NCBI GenBank assembly: GCA_963829055.1
Contig: CAWHHI010000004.1
Span: 867,433-931,432 of the forward strand
DNA length: 64,000 bases
Direction of reading: 5' to 3'
From: an uncultured Gemmatimonadaceae bacterium
GTDB taxonomy: Bacteria > Gemmatimonadota > Gemmatimonadetes > Gemmatimonadales > Gemmatimonadaceae
Positions 30,899 through 42,472 of the stretch are shown piece after piece. Both the position numbers and the translations under genes were made by a program. The notes under the pieces are model-generated. The model searched no databases. It was not told where the DNA came from and saw nothing but the letters and a program-made list of their open reading frames with translations. Each line of letters begins with the position of its first letter. Position 1 is the stretch's first letter.

Positions 30899-32452
30899 CT
30901 ACGTCGCTGCGCCCGCGATCTCTTTGGGAAAAAGTCCCGTTCCTTTAGTGACGCGCCACCCACTCACGTCGAGCGTCGCCACGTTCGCGAAACGCTGATG
31001 CGCGAGCACGCCGGGAGCACCCAGGTGATGCCAGAGCTCCGTGGTCTTCGCCGGCATGAACGGATGCAGATGGATCGCGTGTCGCGCGAGTTGCCTTACG
31101 AGTCCCGCCAGCGTGCGCTCGAGCTCACCGCGCAGCGCCGGGTCCTTCGCGAGCTTCCACGGCGCCTGCGTGTCGACGTATTCGTTCCCGCGACGCACGG
31201 TACTCCACACGTGCCGTAGCCCTTCGTGCAGGAGAAATCCCCGCGAGCCATCCATGGCCGAGTGATACTGCGCGAGATCCTGTGCATCCTGCGCGTCCAG
31301 CTCCGTCGGCGTCGCTGCCGCGCCACCGGGCACCACGCCCTCGCAATACCGCTCGACCATCGAGATCGTCCGGCTGGCGAGATTGCCTAACGCGTTCGCC
31401 AGATCGGCATTGTAGCGCTCCTCGAACCGCTCCCACGAGAAGCTGCCGTCGTTGTCGAACGGCACTTCGCGCAGCAGGAAGTATCGGAACGCGTCCGGCC
31501 CGAACCGTCCGATCGCCTCATCGAGGTCGAGTTTCACGCCGGCCGATTTGCTGAACCGCTCGCCGCCTAACAACACGAAGCCGTGGCCCCACACACGCTC
31601 GGGCAGCGGGATCTCGGCCGCCTGGAGCATCGCCGGCCAGATGATGCTGTGGAAGCGCGTGATGTCCTTGCCGACGATATGCAGCTGTGCCGGCCAGCGC
31701 TCGCGCCAGCCAGCACCGGGAAAGCCCGTGGCCGTCAGGTAGTTCGGCAACGCGTCGAACCAGACGTACGTGGTCTGCGGTTCGCCGGTGGACAGCGGTG
31801 CGGGGAAGGGAACGCCCCACGTGAAACGTGACCGACTTGCCGACACGTCCTCGAGTCCCTGCTTGAGCAGGGCCAACATCTCGTTGCGGCGGCTCTCCGG
31901 CTGGAGAAACTCCGGTCGCTCCGTAAGCAGACGCGTGAGAAACCCCTGGTACTTGCTCAGTCGGAAGAACCAGTTTCGCTCCTCGACCCACTCCAACGTC
32001 CGGGTGGGATGCAGCACGCAATGCCCGTCGACGATCTCGGCGTCCTGCTTGAACGCCTCGCAGCCGACGCAGTACCGCCCCGAGTACGACTTCTCGTAGA
32101 AGTCATCCGGGTTGTTGTCGAAGATGCGCTTGATCAGCGCGCGCACGCCGGACTTGTGGCTGTCGGCGGTCGTCCGGATGAACTGGTCGTGCGAGATCGC
32201 CAGCTTCGACCACATGGCCTGGAAGCGCGGCGCGATCTCATCGACCTGTTCCTGCGGGGTCACGCCGCGTTCGGCGGCTTTCTGCGCGACCGTCTGGCCG
32301 TGTTCGTCCATCCCCATGAGGAAGTGGACGTCGTCGCCGCGCAGCCGATGATATCGCGCGATGGCGTCAGCGCCGATCTTCTCGTACGCGTGACCGATGT
32401 GCGGGTCGCCGTTCGAGTAGTCGATTGCCGTCGTCAGGTAGAACCGGCTCAC
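30899..32452 (-). CDS. metG: Methionine--tRNA ligase (short form)
   Basis: FYLTTAIDYSNGDPHIGH, YVWFDAL, GKDI, RFSKS. Confidence 0.96.
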   Translation of the reverse strand: MSRFYLTTAIDYSNGDPHIGHAYEKIGADAIARYHRLRGDDVHFLMGMDEHGQTVAQKAAERGVTPQEQVDEIAPRFQAMWSKLAISHDQFIRTTADSHKSGVRALIKRIFDNNPDDFYEKSYSGRYCVGCEAFKQDAEIVDGHCVLHPTRTLEWVEERNWFFRLSKYQGFLTRLLTERPEFLQPESRRNEMLALLKQGLEDVSASRSRFTWGVPFPAPLSTGEPQTTYVWFDALPNYLTATGFPGAGWRERWPAQLHIVGKDITRFHSIIWPAMLQAAEIPLPERVWGHGFVLLGGERFSKSAGVKLDLDEAIGRFGPDAFRYFLLREVPFDNDGSFSWERFEERYNADLANALGNLASRTISMVERYCEGVVPGGAAATPTELDAQDAQDLAQYHSAMDGSRGFLLHEGLRHVWSTVRRGNEYVDTQAPWKLAKDPALRGELERTLAGLVRQLARHAIHLHPFMPAKTTELWHHLGAPGVLAHQRFANVATLDVSGWRVTKGTGLFPKEIAGAAT

Positions 32453-33852
32453 GCTTCGTCTCCGTCGTCATCGCCTTCGTCGCCATCATCCGGTGCCGCC
32501 GTGGCCGGGGTACTCTCCGAACCGTTCCCGTTAGGCGGCACCGCGCCGTCGCCACCGCGGCCACGCCCCCGGCGGCCTCCACGACGCCCACGCCGCCGCC
32601 GCGGCGAACGCGGCGCGTCTGCTCCGTCCGTCGCGTCGACCGCGGCGCCATCCGTCACGACGACGGGGTCTGCGGTCACCGACGCCGGGGTCGGCTCGTC
32701 CGGGCGCAGGACCACCGCGTCAGGCACCAGCGTCGCCGGCTCGAAGCTGTCGTCGACCGGGTCCGCGGTGAACGACTCGCGCGGAGATGGCGGCCGCCGT
32801 TGCAACGGCACCGGACGATCCTTCGGTGTTGGGAACCCAGGCATTCCGGGACGCAGCCCTGGGCGAAACGCCGGGCGCTCTGCCGTGTCCGTCATCCGGA
32901 TCACTTCCTCGTCGAGCTCCATCATCATGTCCGGCTCTTCCTCGACGACCGGTTCTTCCACGGTCATCGGGCCGCCAGCCATTTCGCGCTTGAGGTCGAC
33001 CAGCGACACGACCCGCGTTTCGCCCTCGACGTTTCGAAGTGTCACGCGCTCGTTGAAGATGTCGTTCGACACGACTTTCTCTTCACCGCGCGCCGTCACG
33101 AGGATCTTTGCTTCCTTCGGAAATCGCTTGCGGCTCTGGACGTAGAACTCGTGCTCGTAGCGCAGACAGCACATGAGCCGCCCGCACGCGCCGGAGATCT
33201 GCGCGGGGTTCAGCGACAGCCGCTGATCCTTCGCGACGCCGAGGTTCACCGGGCGAAGCTCCGGCAGCCACGACGCTGAGCAGTATTCGCGTCCGCAGCG
33301 TCCGATGCCGCCGAGTCGCTTGGCTTCGTCGCGGACGCCGATCTGTTTGAGCTCGATACGCGTGCGAAACAGCGCCGCGAGATCGCGGACGAGATTGCGG
33401 AAATCCACCCGCTTTTCCGCCGTGAAGTAGATCGTCAGCTTGCGTCGATCCCACTGCCACTCGGCGTCCGACAACTTCATCACGAGGTTGTTGGCCTTGA
33501 CGCGCTCCATGGCGCGACGGCGAGCGACTTCGTCCTGCGTCCTGAGCTCTTCGTGCCGCAGGACGTCGTCTGCGGTCGCGAGACGCCGCGCTCGGCGGTA
33601 TCCGCCTTCGGGCGCGGCGGCATGCGGAACCCCGGCAACCCGCTTCTGAGCGAGCTCGCCCGTCGCGTACACACGTCCGAGATCCTCACCGCGGTCGGCG
33701 TCGACGATGACCGCGGCGCGAAGCGGCGGCGGCGCGTCACCCTCCCACAGGAAGAACTCTTTGCGGTTGCCCTTGAAGGCGATTTCTATCAGATGATCCA
33801 CGAACGACGATTTCGTGTGAGGCCGAATGCCGTCGGGCGTCTGCCGGCTCAC
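32449..33852 (-). CDS. PSP1/RicT (YaaT) family protein with long disordered tail
   Basis: RVDFRNLVRDLA, QIGVRDEA, GIGRCGREYC, SGACGRLMCCLRYE. Confidence 0.9.
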   Translation of the reverse strand: MSRQTPDGIRPHTKSSFVDHLIEIAFKGNRKEFFLWEGDAPPPLRAAVIVDADRGEDLGRVYATGELAQKRVAGVPHAAAPEGGYRRARRLATADDVLRHEELRTQDEVARRRAMERVKANNLVMKLSDAEWQWDRRKLTIYFTAEKRVDFRNLVRDLAALFRTRIELKQIGVRDEAKRLGGIGRCGREYCSASWLPELRPVNLGVAKDQRLSLNPAQISGACGRLMCCLRYEHEFYVQSRKRFPKEAKILVTARGEEKVVSNDIFNERVTLRNVEGETRVVSLVDLKREMAGGPMTVEEPVVEEEPDMMMELDEEVIRMTDTAERPAFRPGLRPGMPGFPTPKDRPVPLQRRPPSPRESFTADPVDDSFEPATLVPDAVVLRPDEPTPASVTADPVVVTDGAAVDATDGADAPRSPRRRRGRRGGRRGRGRGGDGAVPPNGNGSESTPATAAPDDGDEGDDDGDEA

Positions 33853-33948
33853 CTCGGCGGACGCCGACGCCCTGACGCAAAGCGCGCCCGGCTGGTCGCC
33901 AGGCGCCGCAACGTGAAATGTAGCCGCCTGATCGGGCGCTAGCCGTTC

Positions 33949-34918
33949 TTATTCGTCGAACTGGCCCATGCGCAGGAACTTCTCGCGACGGCGGCGAACG
34001 AGCTTGTCTGGCTTGAGCCGCCGCAGGTCCTCGAGGTGCTTGTTCAGGACCTCCTGAACCGCTGTGGCCGTCTGCTCGTGGTTCGCGTGGGCGCCGCCCA
34101 GCGGCTCCGGAATGATCTCGTCGATCACACGCAGCTCGAACAGGTCCGGGGCCGTGATCTTGAGTGCGCCCGCCGCTCGCTCGCGCATCTCGGGGCTCTT
34201 GCCATCCTTCCATAGAATCGCGGCGCAGCCCTCGATCGTGATCACGGAATACACCGAGTTCTCGAGCATCAGCACGCGGTCGGCGACACCTAACGCGAGC
34301 GCGCCACCCGATCCGCCCTCGCCGATGACCGTGGCGATGATCGGCACTTCGAGGCGGCTCATCTCGAACAGGTTGTGGGCGATCGCTTCGCTCTGTCCGC
34401 GCTCCTCGGCACCAAGCCCTGCCCAGGCGCCCGGAGTGTCGATGAACGTGAGCACCGGGACGTGGAACTTCTCGGCCAGCTTCATCAAGCGCAGCGCCTT
34501 GCGATAGCCCTCGGGGTGCGGCATCCCGAAGTTGCGCTTGAGATTCTCCTTCGTGTCGCGGCCTCGCTGCTGGCCGACGACCATCACCGTCTCTCCGTCG
34601 AGCCGCGCCCAGCCGCCGACGATGGCCGGGTCCTCACGGAACAGCCGGTCGCCGTGGAGCTCCACGAAATCCGTGAAGCACATGCCGGATGTAATCGAGC
34701 GTGAACGGCCGCTTCGGATTCCGCGCGACCTGCACGCGCTGAAGCGGCGAGAGATTCTTGTAGACCTCCGCCCGGAGGTCATTGAGCTTACGCTCCAGCG
34801 GGGCGATCTCCGCTTCGACACTGAATTGCTGGTCGCCGGCCAGCTTCTTCAACTCATCGATCTGCTTCTCGAGGTCGAAGATCGGTCGCTCGAACTCCAT
34901 TAATGGCGTCGAGGCCAA
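33949..34918 (-). CDS. accA: Acetyl-CoA carboxylase carboxyltransferase alpha subunit (frameshift ~34690)
   Basis: [38 protein letters not shown]. Confidence 0.95.
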
Positions 34919-34919
34919 G

Positions 34920-37900
34920 TTAACTCCCGCGTACGAGACGGACGCGCTCGGAACCCAGCAGCGCCCGTAGCTCGGTCAGCGCGGCATTCGTCGCCGACAA
35001 CTTGATCGAGCGCGATCGCAGTCGTGCTTGCGTTCCATTTCCATCATTCCAGCGCAGCTCGAGAGGTGCGGCGCCTGGATGCGCCTCGGCGACTGCCCGC
35101 ACGTCGTTCATCACTTCAGGAAGCAAAATGCTCGCAGACAGTTCTTCTGTTCCCACCCGCCCGCCATTGGCGGGCACCCGCCGGTTCCCGGCTCCCGCCT
35201 GCCCGCTCCCGACAGCTCGATCGCAATCGTCACCTGTCCGGCGATTCGCAATTCCTCGAACCGCTGTACGGATTCCACAATGAACGTCGGATTGTCAGCT
35301 CCCTGATCCCGCTTCGAATACCCGCCACGCACCAGCAACGGTACGTCGGTTCGGATCCGGTCCGATAGTACAGACCAGTTCTCGGGAAAAACGAGGATTT
35401 CGGAAGATCCAGAAAAATCCTCCACTGTCAACCGCGCGAACTCGGCGCCCGAGCGTTTGCTGACCTGTCGCTTGATCGCGGTTACCACGACGCCAAGGGA
35501 CATGGCGCCCTCGGCCCACTGCCCGAGTTGGGAGACCGTATGCGTGGCGAACAGCTCGGCTTCAGTGCGATACGGCTCCAGCGGGTGGCCCGAGATGTAG
35601 AACCCGAGGATCTCCTTCTCCTTGGTCAGTCGCTCGGATTCACTCATTGGCGCGATGTTGGGGAGGGACAGGTGTGACCGAGCACCCTCGCCAGGCGCTC
35701 CGGCCCCGTTTGCGCCGTTGCCGAGTCCCGAGTCCCCAGCCCCCAGTCCCCCAAACAATGACCCTTGTCCGCTCTCCTTTTCTTGCTGCTTGAGCGACGC
35801 TTCCTGAATCGCCGTGTCCACCACCGCCACGTACTGCGACCGATGGCCACCCAGCCCATCGAGAGCGCCCGAGTAGATGAGCGCCTCGAATACCCGCTTG
35901 TTGCACAGGCGAAGGTCGACGCGCTCGCACAGGTCGAATAGCGACGTGAACGGCTTGTCCGCGCGTGCCGCGAGCATCGAGTCGATCGCGCCCTTTCCGA
36001 TGTTCCGAATGGCGCCGAGCCCGAAACGGATGCGCTTGTCGCCGATGACCGTGAACTTGTACCCCGATTCGTTCACGTCAGGCGCGAGAACCTCGATGCC
36101 GAGCTCGCGCGCCTCGTTGATGAACTTCACGACGCTGTCCGTATCGCCGATCGACGACGACAGGAGCGCGGCCATGAAGTCGGCCGCATGGTGCGCCTTG
36201 AGCCATGCCGTGTGGAACGAGATGACCGAGTACGCGACCGAGTGCGACTTGTTGAAGCCGTAGCGGCCGAACGTTTCGATCTGGCCTGCGAGATCCTCGA
36301 TGATCCGCTTGTCGTATCCGCGCGCGACCGCCTTCGTCGTGAACTTCCCGAGCTCCGCCCGGATCAGTTCCGCGTCCTTCTTGCCCACGGCCTTTCGTAG
36401 CACGTCGGCTTCGGCGAGCGAGATCCCCGCGAGGACCTGCGCGATACGCATCACCTGCTCCTGATAGGTGATGACGCCGTACGTCGGCTTGAGGATCGGC
36501 TCCAGCTCAGGCAGCGCGTACACGACCGGCTCTTCGCCGCGCTTTCGCTTCTGGTAGACGCGATGCATTCCCGCGTCGAGCGGGCCGGGACGCATCAGCG
36601 CGTTGGACGCGACGAGGTCATCGAAGCGGTCGCAGCGCATGGCGCGCAGCATGTCGGTCGCGAGCGGCGACTCGAACTGGAATACGCCGATCGTGCGTCC
36701 GGCGCGGAGCATCCGGTAGACCTCCGGATCCTCGTCGGACAGCTTGTCGAGGTCGGGCCGCACGCCCGTTCGCGCCTCGATGGAATCCAGGGCGTCCTTG
36801 ATGACGGTCAGCGTCGTTAGGCCCAGGAAGTCCATCTTGAGCATGCCCGGTCTTCTCGAGGGCGTTCATGTCGTACTGCGTGACGATGACCCGTTCATCT
36901 GCACCCGATTCCCGATTCCCGATTCCCGATTCCCGACCTGAGCCCTTCGTTTCCTGCGTGCAGACGGGCACGTACTCGTCGAGCGGACCTGGCGCGATCA
37001 CCACGCCGGCCGCGTGCACACCCGTGTGCCGGGACAGCCCTTCGAGTGCGACCGCGAAATCGAGCAGCTGACGATAGCGCTCGTCCGTCTTGTAGAGCTT
37101 CTTGACCTCGGGGATCTGCTCCCGCGCTTCCTTCACCGTCAGCGAAAAGTTGGGCTGGTTCGGGATCAGCTTCGCCAGCGCATCCGTTTCGGCCGGCGTG
37201 AAGCCTAACGTGCGACCGACATCCTTGATCGCGGCGCGCGACTTCATCGTCCCGAACGTGACGATCTGCCCGACCGCGTCCTTTCCGTACTTCTCGCGCA
37301 CGTACTCGATGACCTCACCGCGTCGTTCGAAGCAGAAGTCGACGTCGATGTCGGGCATGGAGACGCGTTCCGGATTCAGGAAGCGCTCGAACAGCAGGTC
37401 ATACTTGAGCGGACAGACGTCCGTGATACGCAACGCGTACGCGACGAGTGAACCCGCGGCCGACCCACGCCCCGGTCCCACGGGAATGTCGCGGTCTCGC
37501 GCCGCCTTGATGAAGTCGGCGACGATGAGGAAGTAGCCAGCGTAGCCCGTCTTCGTGATGACGCCGAGCTCGTAGTCGAGTCGTTCCTGAACCTCGGGCG
37601 GCAGCGGGAGTCCGCTATCGGGCCCGCCGGCGTAGCGCACCCGAGCGCCCTCCTGGGCGAGCCTAACGAGCAGCTCGTTCTCGGTCTCCACGCCACTCGG
37701 CAACGGAAACGACGGCACGTGATACTTCTTGCCGAACTCGATTCCGGCCGTGTCCGCGATCGCCAGCGTCTGCGTCAGGACGTCCGGGCGGCCGGGGAAC
37801 TTCGCCGCGATCTCCTGATGATTCTTGAAGTACAGGCCACGATCGTAGCGCATGCGATCGTTGTCGCTGCGATCCCGGCCGAGTCCGATGCAAAGGAGCA

Positions 37901-38558
37901 CGTCGTGCGCGTCGTGGTCGTCCGCGCTCAGAAAGTGCGCGTCGTTCGTCGCGATGACTGGCAGTGAGAGATCGCCGGCAAGCCGAAAGATCTCCGTATT
38001 CAACTTCGACTGCCCATCCGAGTCGTGCGCCTGAACCTCGAGGTAGTACCGATCACGAAACACGTCGGCATACCAGCTCGCCGCGGCTTTCGCGTCATCG
38101 TACCGCCCTTCCATGAGGTGTGTCGCGACCTCACCCGCCAGGCACGCTGACGACACGATCAGCCCTTCCGAGTACTTCGCGAGCAGCTCGCGGTCGACAC
38201 GTGGCTTCGTGTAGAAACCCTCCGTGAAGGCCAGCGACGATAGCTTCACGAGGTTCTTATAGCCCGTCGCGTTTTGAGCGAGTAGTACGAGGTGGTAATA
38301 TGGTTTTGCGCCGGGGGCCGGCCGCGCACGGAGGCGTCGATCACCTGGCGCGACGTAGGCCTCCATGCCGATGATCGGTTTCACCCCGGCCTTCTTCGCT
38401 TTTTCCTGGAAACTCCAGGCCGCGTGGAGGTTACCGTGGTCAGTGATCGCAAGCGCTGGCTGCTCGAGCTCGAGCGCGCGCTCTATCAGGTCATCGATCC
38501 GGTTCGCTCCGTCCAGCAGCGAATACTCGGAGTGACAATGCAGATGAACGAAGGACAT
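34920..38558 (-). CDS. dnaE: DNA polymerase III alpha subunit (frameshifts ~36850 and ~35160)
   Basis: FVHLHCHSEYSLLDG, GPGRGSAAGS, MPDIDVDF, KMDFLGL, YGFNKSH, GFYISGHP. Confidence 0.96.
36904..36936 (+). repeat. CCCGATT heptamer tandem repeat inside dnaE
   Basis: Translates on the minus strand as GRESGIGNRESG. Confidence 0.9.
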
Positions 38559-38626
38559 CGGACCGGAAACATAGCGACCCCCGAATCCCGCCGCAAAGCG
38601 CGTCGAGCCCGCTCGATATCTTCCAA

Positions 38627-40921
38627 GTGATTGTGCAACAGACTGTTACAGGATTCCAATTCGGCCCCGTCCGGCGAATGATCGCTATCATGGTGACGGC
38701 CGCTGCTGCCGCGTGCCGAAAGGACTCGGCCCCGACCGAAGCGCCGCGCGCCGTCGCCCTGGCCATCAAGGATGGCAACGACCAATCCGGTCCCGCGGGC
38801 GGCACCCTCGCGCAGCCCCTTCGCGCCACGGCGGTCGACGGGAAGCAGAGTCCCGTTGCGGGAACGGTGGTGCGGTTCCGCGTCGTTCGCGGCGCGGAGT
38901 CCGGTACCGTGCTCACGGATTCCATCGCTGTCACCGCCTTCGACGGGACCGCGAGCGTGGAGCTCAAGCTCGGTAGCGCCCTGGATTCGTCCGTCGTCGA
39001 AGCGTTCCTGCCAGATCGACCGTCCGCCATCGCGCGGTTCCGCGCGGTGGCGACGCCCCCGCCGCGGCTCGCCAGCATCGTCCCATCGTCGTTCGCGGCC
39101 GGGGACACCGTGAGGTTGCGGGGGCAGTTCTTCAACACATCTGCTTCCGGAAACACGGCCTTCATCGGCTCGGCGCGAGCGCGAGTCGTTCGCGCCGACG
39201 CGGACACGTCACTGACCGTGGTGGTCCCGCCGTGCGTCTCGGCCGGGGCAATCAGCGCGCGAGTGGTCGTCGGAAGTGTCGCCACGAATGCGGTCGCCGC
39301 GACGTTCGCTGGGCCGAGCGGTTTGTTGTCGCTCGAGCCACTGGAGGGCGTCACGATTTCTGGCACCGAGCTCGCGAGCTGTCTTCAGCTGCGCGGTGGT
39401 GGCGCGTCGTACCTCCTCGTTCCGCAATCTGCAGCGTCGTCGGCTGGGTCGCGTCAGGTGGACTTCGCGCTCTCCGCCACCAGTCCGGGCACCGCGTCGT
39501 TAGGCGATGCCGGGACGGTCGCCGCACGCTCGCCGGCGGAGTCCCCGGAACCGTCTCTCGCGCTCGATCGCCGCTTCGACCTCGGACTCCGTCAGCGTGA
39601 GGCCGCGCTCGTCGATGACGCTCGCGCTGCGGGGGCACTTCGCGCCGCCCCCGATGTGCTTTCGCGCGCGACTGTCGCTGCGCCACCGGCCATAGGTAGT
39701 CAGCGCGCCTTTCAGGTGCTCTCGAAGTTCGATGGCAGCGCATTCAAGCGCGTGACCGGGCGCGTCCGGTATGTGGGCGATCACATCATCCTCTACGTCG
39801 ACCTCGATCAGCCGCCGGGTGCACTCTCGGACGCGGACGTGCGCACGTTCGGCGACCTGTTCGATCGGACCCTCTACGATCTCGACGTGCGAGCGTTCGG
39901 CAGCGAGTCCGACATCGACGGGAACGGTCGCGTGATCTTCCTGCTCACACCGGTCGTGAACGCGCTCACGTCCGCGAGCGAGTGCTCCGCGTCCGGGTTC
40001 ATCACGGGATTCCATTACGGTCTCGATCTGTTGCCTTCGCAGGCGAACTCGAATCGCGGTGAGATTTTCTACGCGCTCGTGCCCGACGTCGGTGGCACTC
40101 GGAGCTGCGAACACAAACCCGCCGACGTCGAGCGACTCGTGCCGGCGACGTTCGTTCACGAGTTCCAGCACATGATCTCCTTCGGCCAGCACGTCATTGC
40201 GCGTGGGGGAAGCTTCGAGTCGCTCTGGCTCAACGAAGGACTGAGCCACATCGCCGAAGAGCTGGCAGGGAAGTATTTCGAGGCGAAGTTTCCGCCGCCG
40301 TCGGGCCGCACCGATGTCAATCAGCTCTTCCCGGATTCCGCGCAGGGATATGTGACGCCGAACATGCGCAACGCGCAGCGGTTCCTGGGTACGCCGGGGA
40401 CGACGTCGGTGACCGCGGGCAGCGGCTCGGGATCACTCGCCGAGCGAGGCGGGACGTGGCTGTTCCTGCGCTGGCTCGGTGACCAGAAGGGCGAGGCCAT
40501 CTACGGACGACTCGTCCAGACCAGCCGTACAGGGATAGCGAACGTCGAGGACAAGGCAGGCGAAACGTTCGCCGGACTCTTCGGCGACTTCGCCACCGCG
40601 ATCTACACCGACAGTCTTCCGGGCATCGCCCGTGCGTCGGTCCCGTCGCGTCTCCGGTTCACGAGTCGGAACTTCCGACAGATCTTCAAGCGCTTCGCCG
40701 ATATCGACCAGGTTCCGAACGCGCTGCCGTTTCCGTTCACCCCGACGCCGCTCACCGCGGGTCAGAATGCCACCGGAACATTCCGTCAGGGGAGCATGGT
40801 CTACTACCAGCTCTCCACCCGGCCTAACGAGTCCGTGGTCGGCGTCCGTTTCTCGCGCGGTGATCTCTCGTCGTTCCTGGCCGACGACCAGGTGCAGATC
40901 GGCGTGTTTCGCCTGCCATGA
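38627..40921 (+). CDS. Secreted zinc metallopeptidase lipoprotein with Ig-like/IPT domains (M30/hyicolysin-like)
   Basis: AAAAC lipobox-like motif, GNDQSG Ig-like start, HEFQH...WLNEGLS. Confidence 0.75.
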   Translation: MIVQQTVTGFQFGPVRRMIAIMVTAAAAACRKDSAPTEAPRAVALAIKDGNDQSGPAGGTLAQPLRATAVDGKQSPVAGTVVRFRVVRGAESGTVLTDSIAVTAFDGTASVELKLGSALDSSVVEAFLPDRPSAIARFRAVATPPPRLASIVPSSFAAGDTVRLRGQFFNTSASGNTAFIGSARARVVRADADTSLTVVVPPCVSAGAISARVVVGSVATNAVAATFAGPSGLLSLEPLEGVTISGTELASCLQLRGGGASYLLVPQSAASSAGSRQVDFALSATSPGTASLGDAGTVAARSPAESPEPSLALDRRFDLGLRQREAALVDDARAAGALRAAPDVLSRATVAAPPAIGSQRAFQVLSKFDGSAFKRVTGRVRYVGDHIILYVDLDQPPGALSDADVRTFGDLFDRTLYDLDVRAFGSESDIDGNGRVIFLLTPVVNALTSASECSASGFITGFHYGLDLLPSQANSNRGEIFYALVPDVGGTRSCEHKPADVERLVPATFVHEFQHMISFGQHVIARGGSFESLWLNEGLSHIAEELAGKYFEAKFPPPSGRTDVNQLFPDSAQGYVTPNMRNAQRFLGTPGTTSVTAGSGSGSLAERGGTWLFLRWLGDQKGEAIYGRLVQTSRTGIANVEDKAGETFAGLFGDFATAIYTDSLPGIARASVPSRLRFTSRNFRQIFKRFADIDQVPNALPFPFTPTPLTAGQNATGTFRQGSMVYYQLSTRPNESVVGVRFSRGDLSSFLADDQVQIGVFRLP

Positions 40922-42098
40922 GCGGATCCTACGACGAGCCCACCAGTCGGGCGACGGATACTCCGCGCGCGACCGATGAGCTGGTGGCGCGGGGTAACTC
41001 GCGAACTGGCCGGATGGGATCGCCGAAGCGTCGATGGGGGCGCATCATCGCGGGCCTGACCGGCGCTGCACTGGTCGTCTTCCTGCTCACACCGACTGGC
41101 TGCTACCTGAGCCGAGCTGGGTGGGAAGAGGCGAAGATTCTCGCCGGCCGACGGCAGATCGTCAGGCTCGTGGCCGACGCCGAGCACCGCGCCCGCGACG
41201 CGCGCCCGTCTGCAACTCGTGCTCGCCGCTCGCGGGTTCGCCGCGGATTCCATCAAGCTTCGCACCGGCGACAGCTTCACGACGTACTCGCATCTCGAGC
41301 GTGACACGCTCGTCCTGGTGGTCTCCGGCGCGTACCGCGATCGCCTCGAGCCCTATACGTGGTGGTTTCCGATCGTCGGGCGCGTTCCGTACAAAGGCTT
41401 CTTCGATTTCGACGACGCGAAGTCGCTGGCCCGCGACCTCGAGCGACGCGGCTACGACAGCTACGTGCGCCCGTCGGCGGCGTTCAGCACGTTAGGCTGG
41501 TTCAACGACCCGCTCCTGTCGACCACGCTGCGACTCGACTCGATCAATCTCGCGAACACGGTCATCCACGAGGTCACGCACAACACGTTCTACAAAGCGG
41601 GGCAGGCGGTCTTCAACGAGTCGTTCGCGAACTTCGTCGGCGCGCGTGGCGCGGCGTGGTTCTTCCGGTCACGCGGTGACACCGTCGCGGCGAACTACGC
41701 CGACGCCGACTGGGATGACGACAAGCGCATGGGCGCGTTCTGGGCGTCGCTCTACAGGAGCCTCGATTCGGCGTACAAGGCCCATCCGGGCGATTCCGCG
41801 CGCGCCGTGCGCCTCGCTGCCCGCGATACCGTTTACGTGCGCGGCAAGGCGCATCTCGTGCGTGACGTCGCGCCGCTGCTCCGGACGATCTCGGTGGACC
41901 GAGCCGCGCGGATCCGCATCGACAACAACGCCGCCCTCCTGGCGCGTCGCATTTACCTGACGGATCTCGAGCTGTTCGATCGCGTCTGGGAGCGTGAAGG
42001 CCACGACCTCAGAAAAACGATCGAGCGCGTGATCTGTACTCGCGAAAGATGCCGATGATCCCTATGTGGCCGTGAAAAAGTGGCTGGGCGAGTCCTAG
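40918..42098 (+). CDS. Putative zinc aminopeptidase (DUF2265-like), frameshifted
   Basis: WWFPIVGRVPYKGFF, AFSTLGWFNDP, HEVTH, FNESFA. The tail LAKDADDPYVAVKKWLGES-TAG is in a shifted frame. Confidence 0.82.
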
Positions 42099-42120
42099 TC
42101 CATTGTTTCTGGATCGCTGC

Positions 42121-42452
42121 GCCGCGGCCGGTGGGAACTACGATTGGGCGGATGAACTGCAAAACGGCCGGATACGGCTTTGCATCGACGCATCATCACG
42201 CCCGGCCAATGGAACTGCGATCGCGCGGATGACGCGGAAGAATCAGGATAGCTCTCGGTAGGTCCGGCTCCTCTCGCAACGGGCTGGGATTCTTGGGAAC
42301 GGCCGCTCGGGACGCAGTGAGTCTCCCGAGCGGCCGTTCCATTATTCATCGGGTCCGGCGAGGGCCAGCGTCGATGCAAAGCCGTATCCGGCCGTTTTCC
42401 GTGTCATCCGCAAAATCGTAGTTCCCACCGGCCCCGGCGCGATGATGCATCC
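42121..42452. repeat. Composite intergenic repeat: two direct copies and one inverted copy of a ~70-85 bp unit, plus an internal hairpin
   Basis: 42161-42191 is the exact reverse complement of 42368-42398. Outer arms GCCGGTGGGAACTACGATT/AATCGTAGTTCCCACCGGC. Hairpin at 42296-42340. Confidence 0.85.
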
Positions 42453-42472
42453 GCAAAGATCCGCGGCAATCG

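Noticed and set aside
34920..38558. Split dnaE, intein or programmed frameshift
   Set aside because: No intein motifs or slippery-site evidence. The breaks match the window-wide indel pattern.
42121..42452. 6S RNA or CRISPR array
   Set aside because: Too long and too perfectly paired for 6S, and built from repeated units. There is no regular repeat-spacer periodicity and no cas genes.
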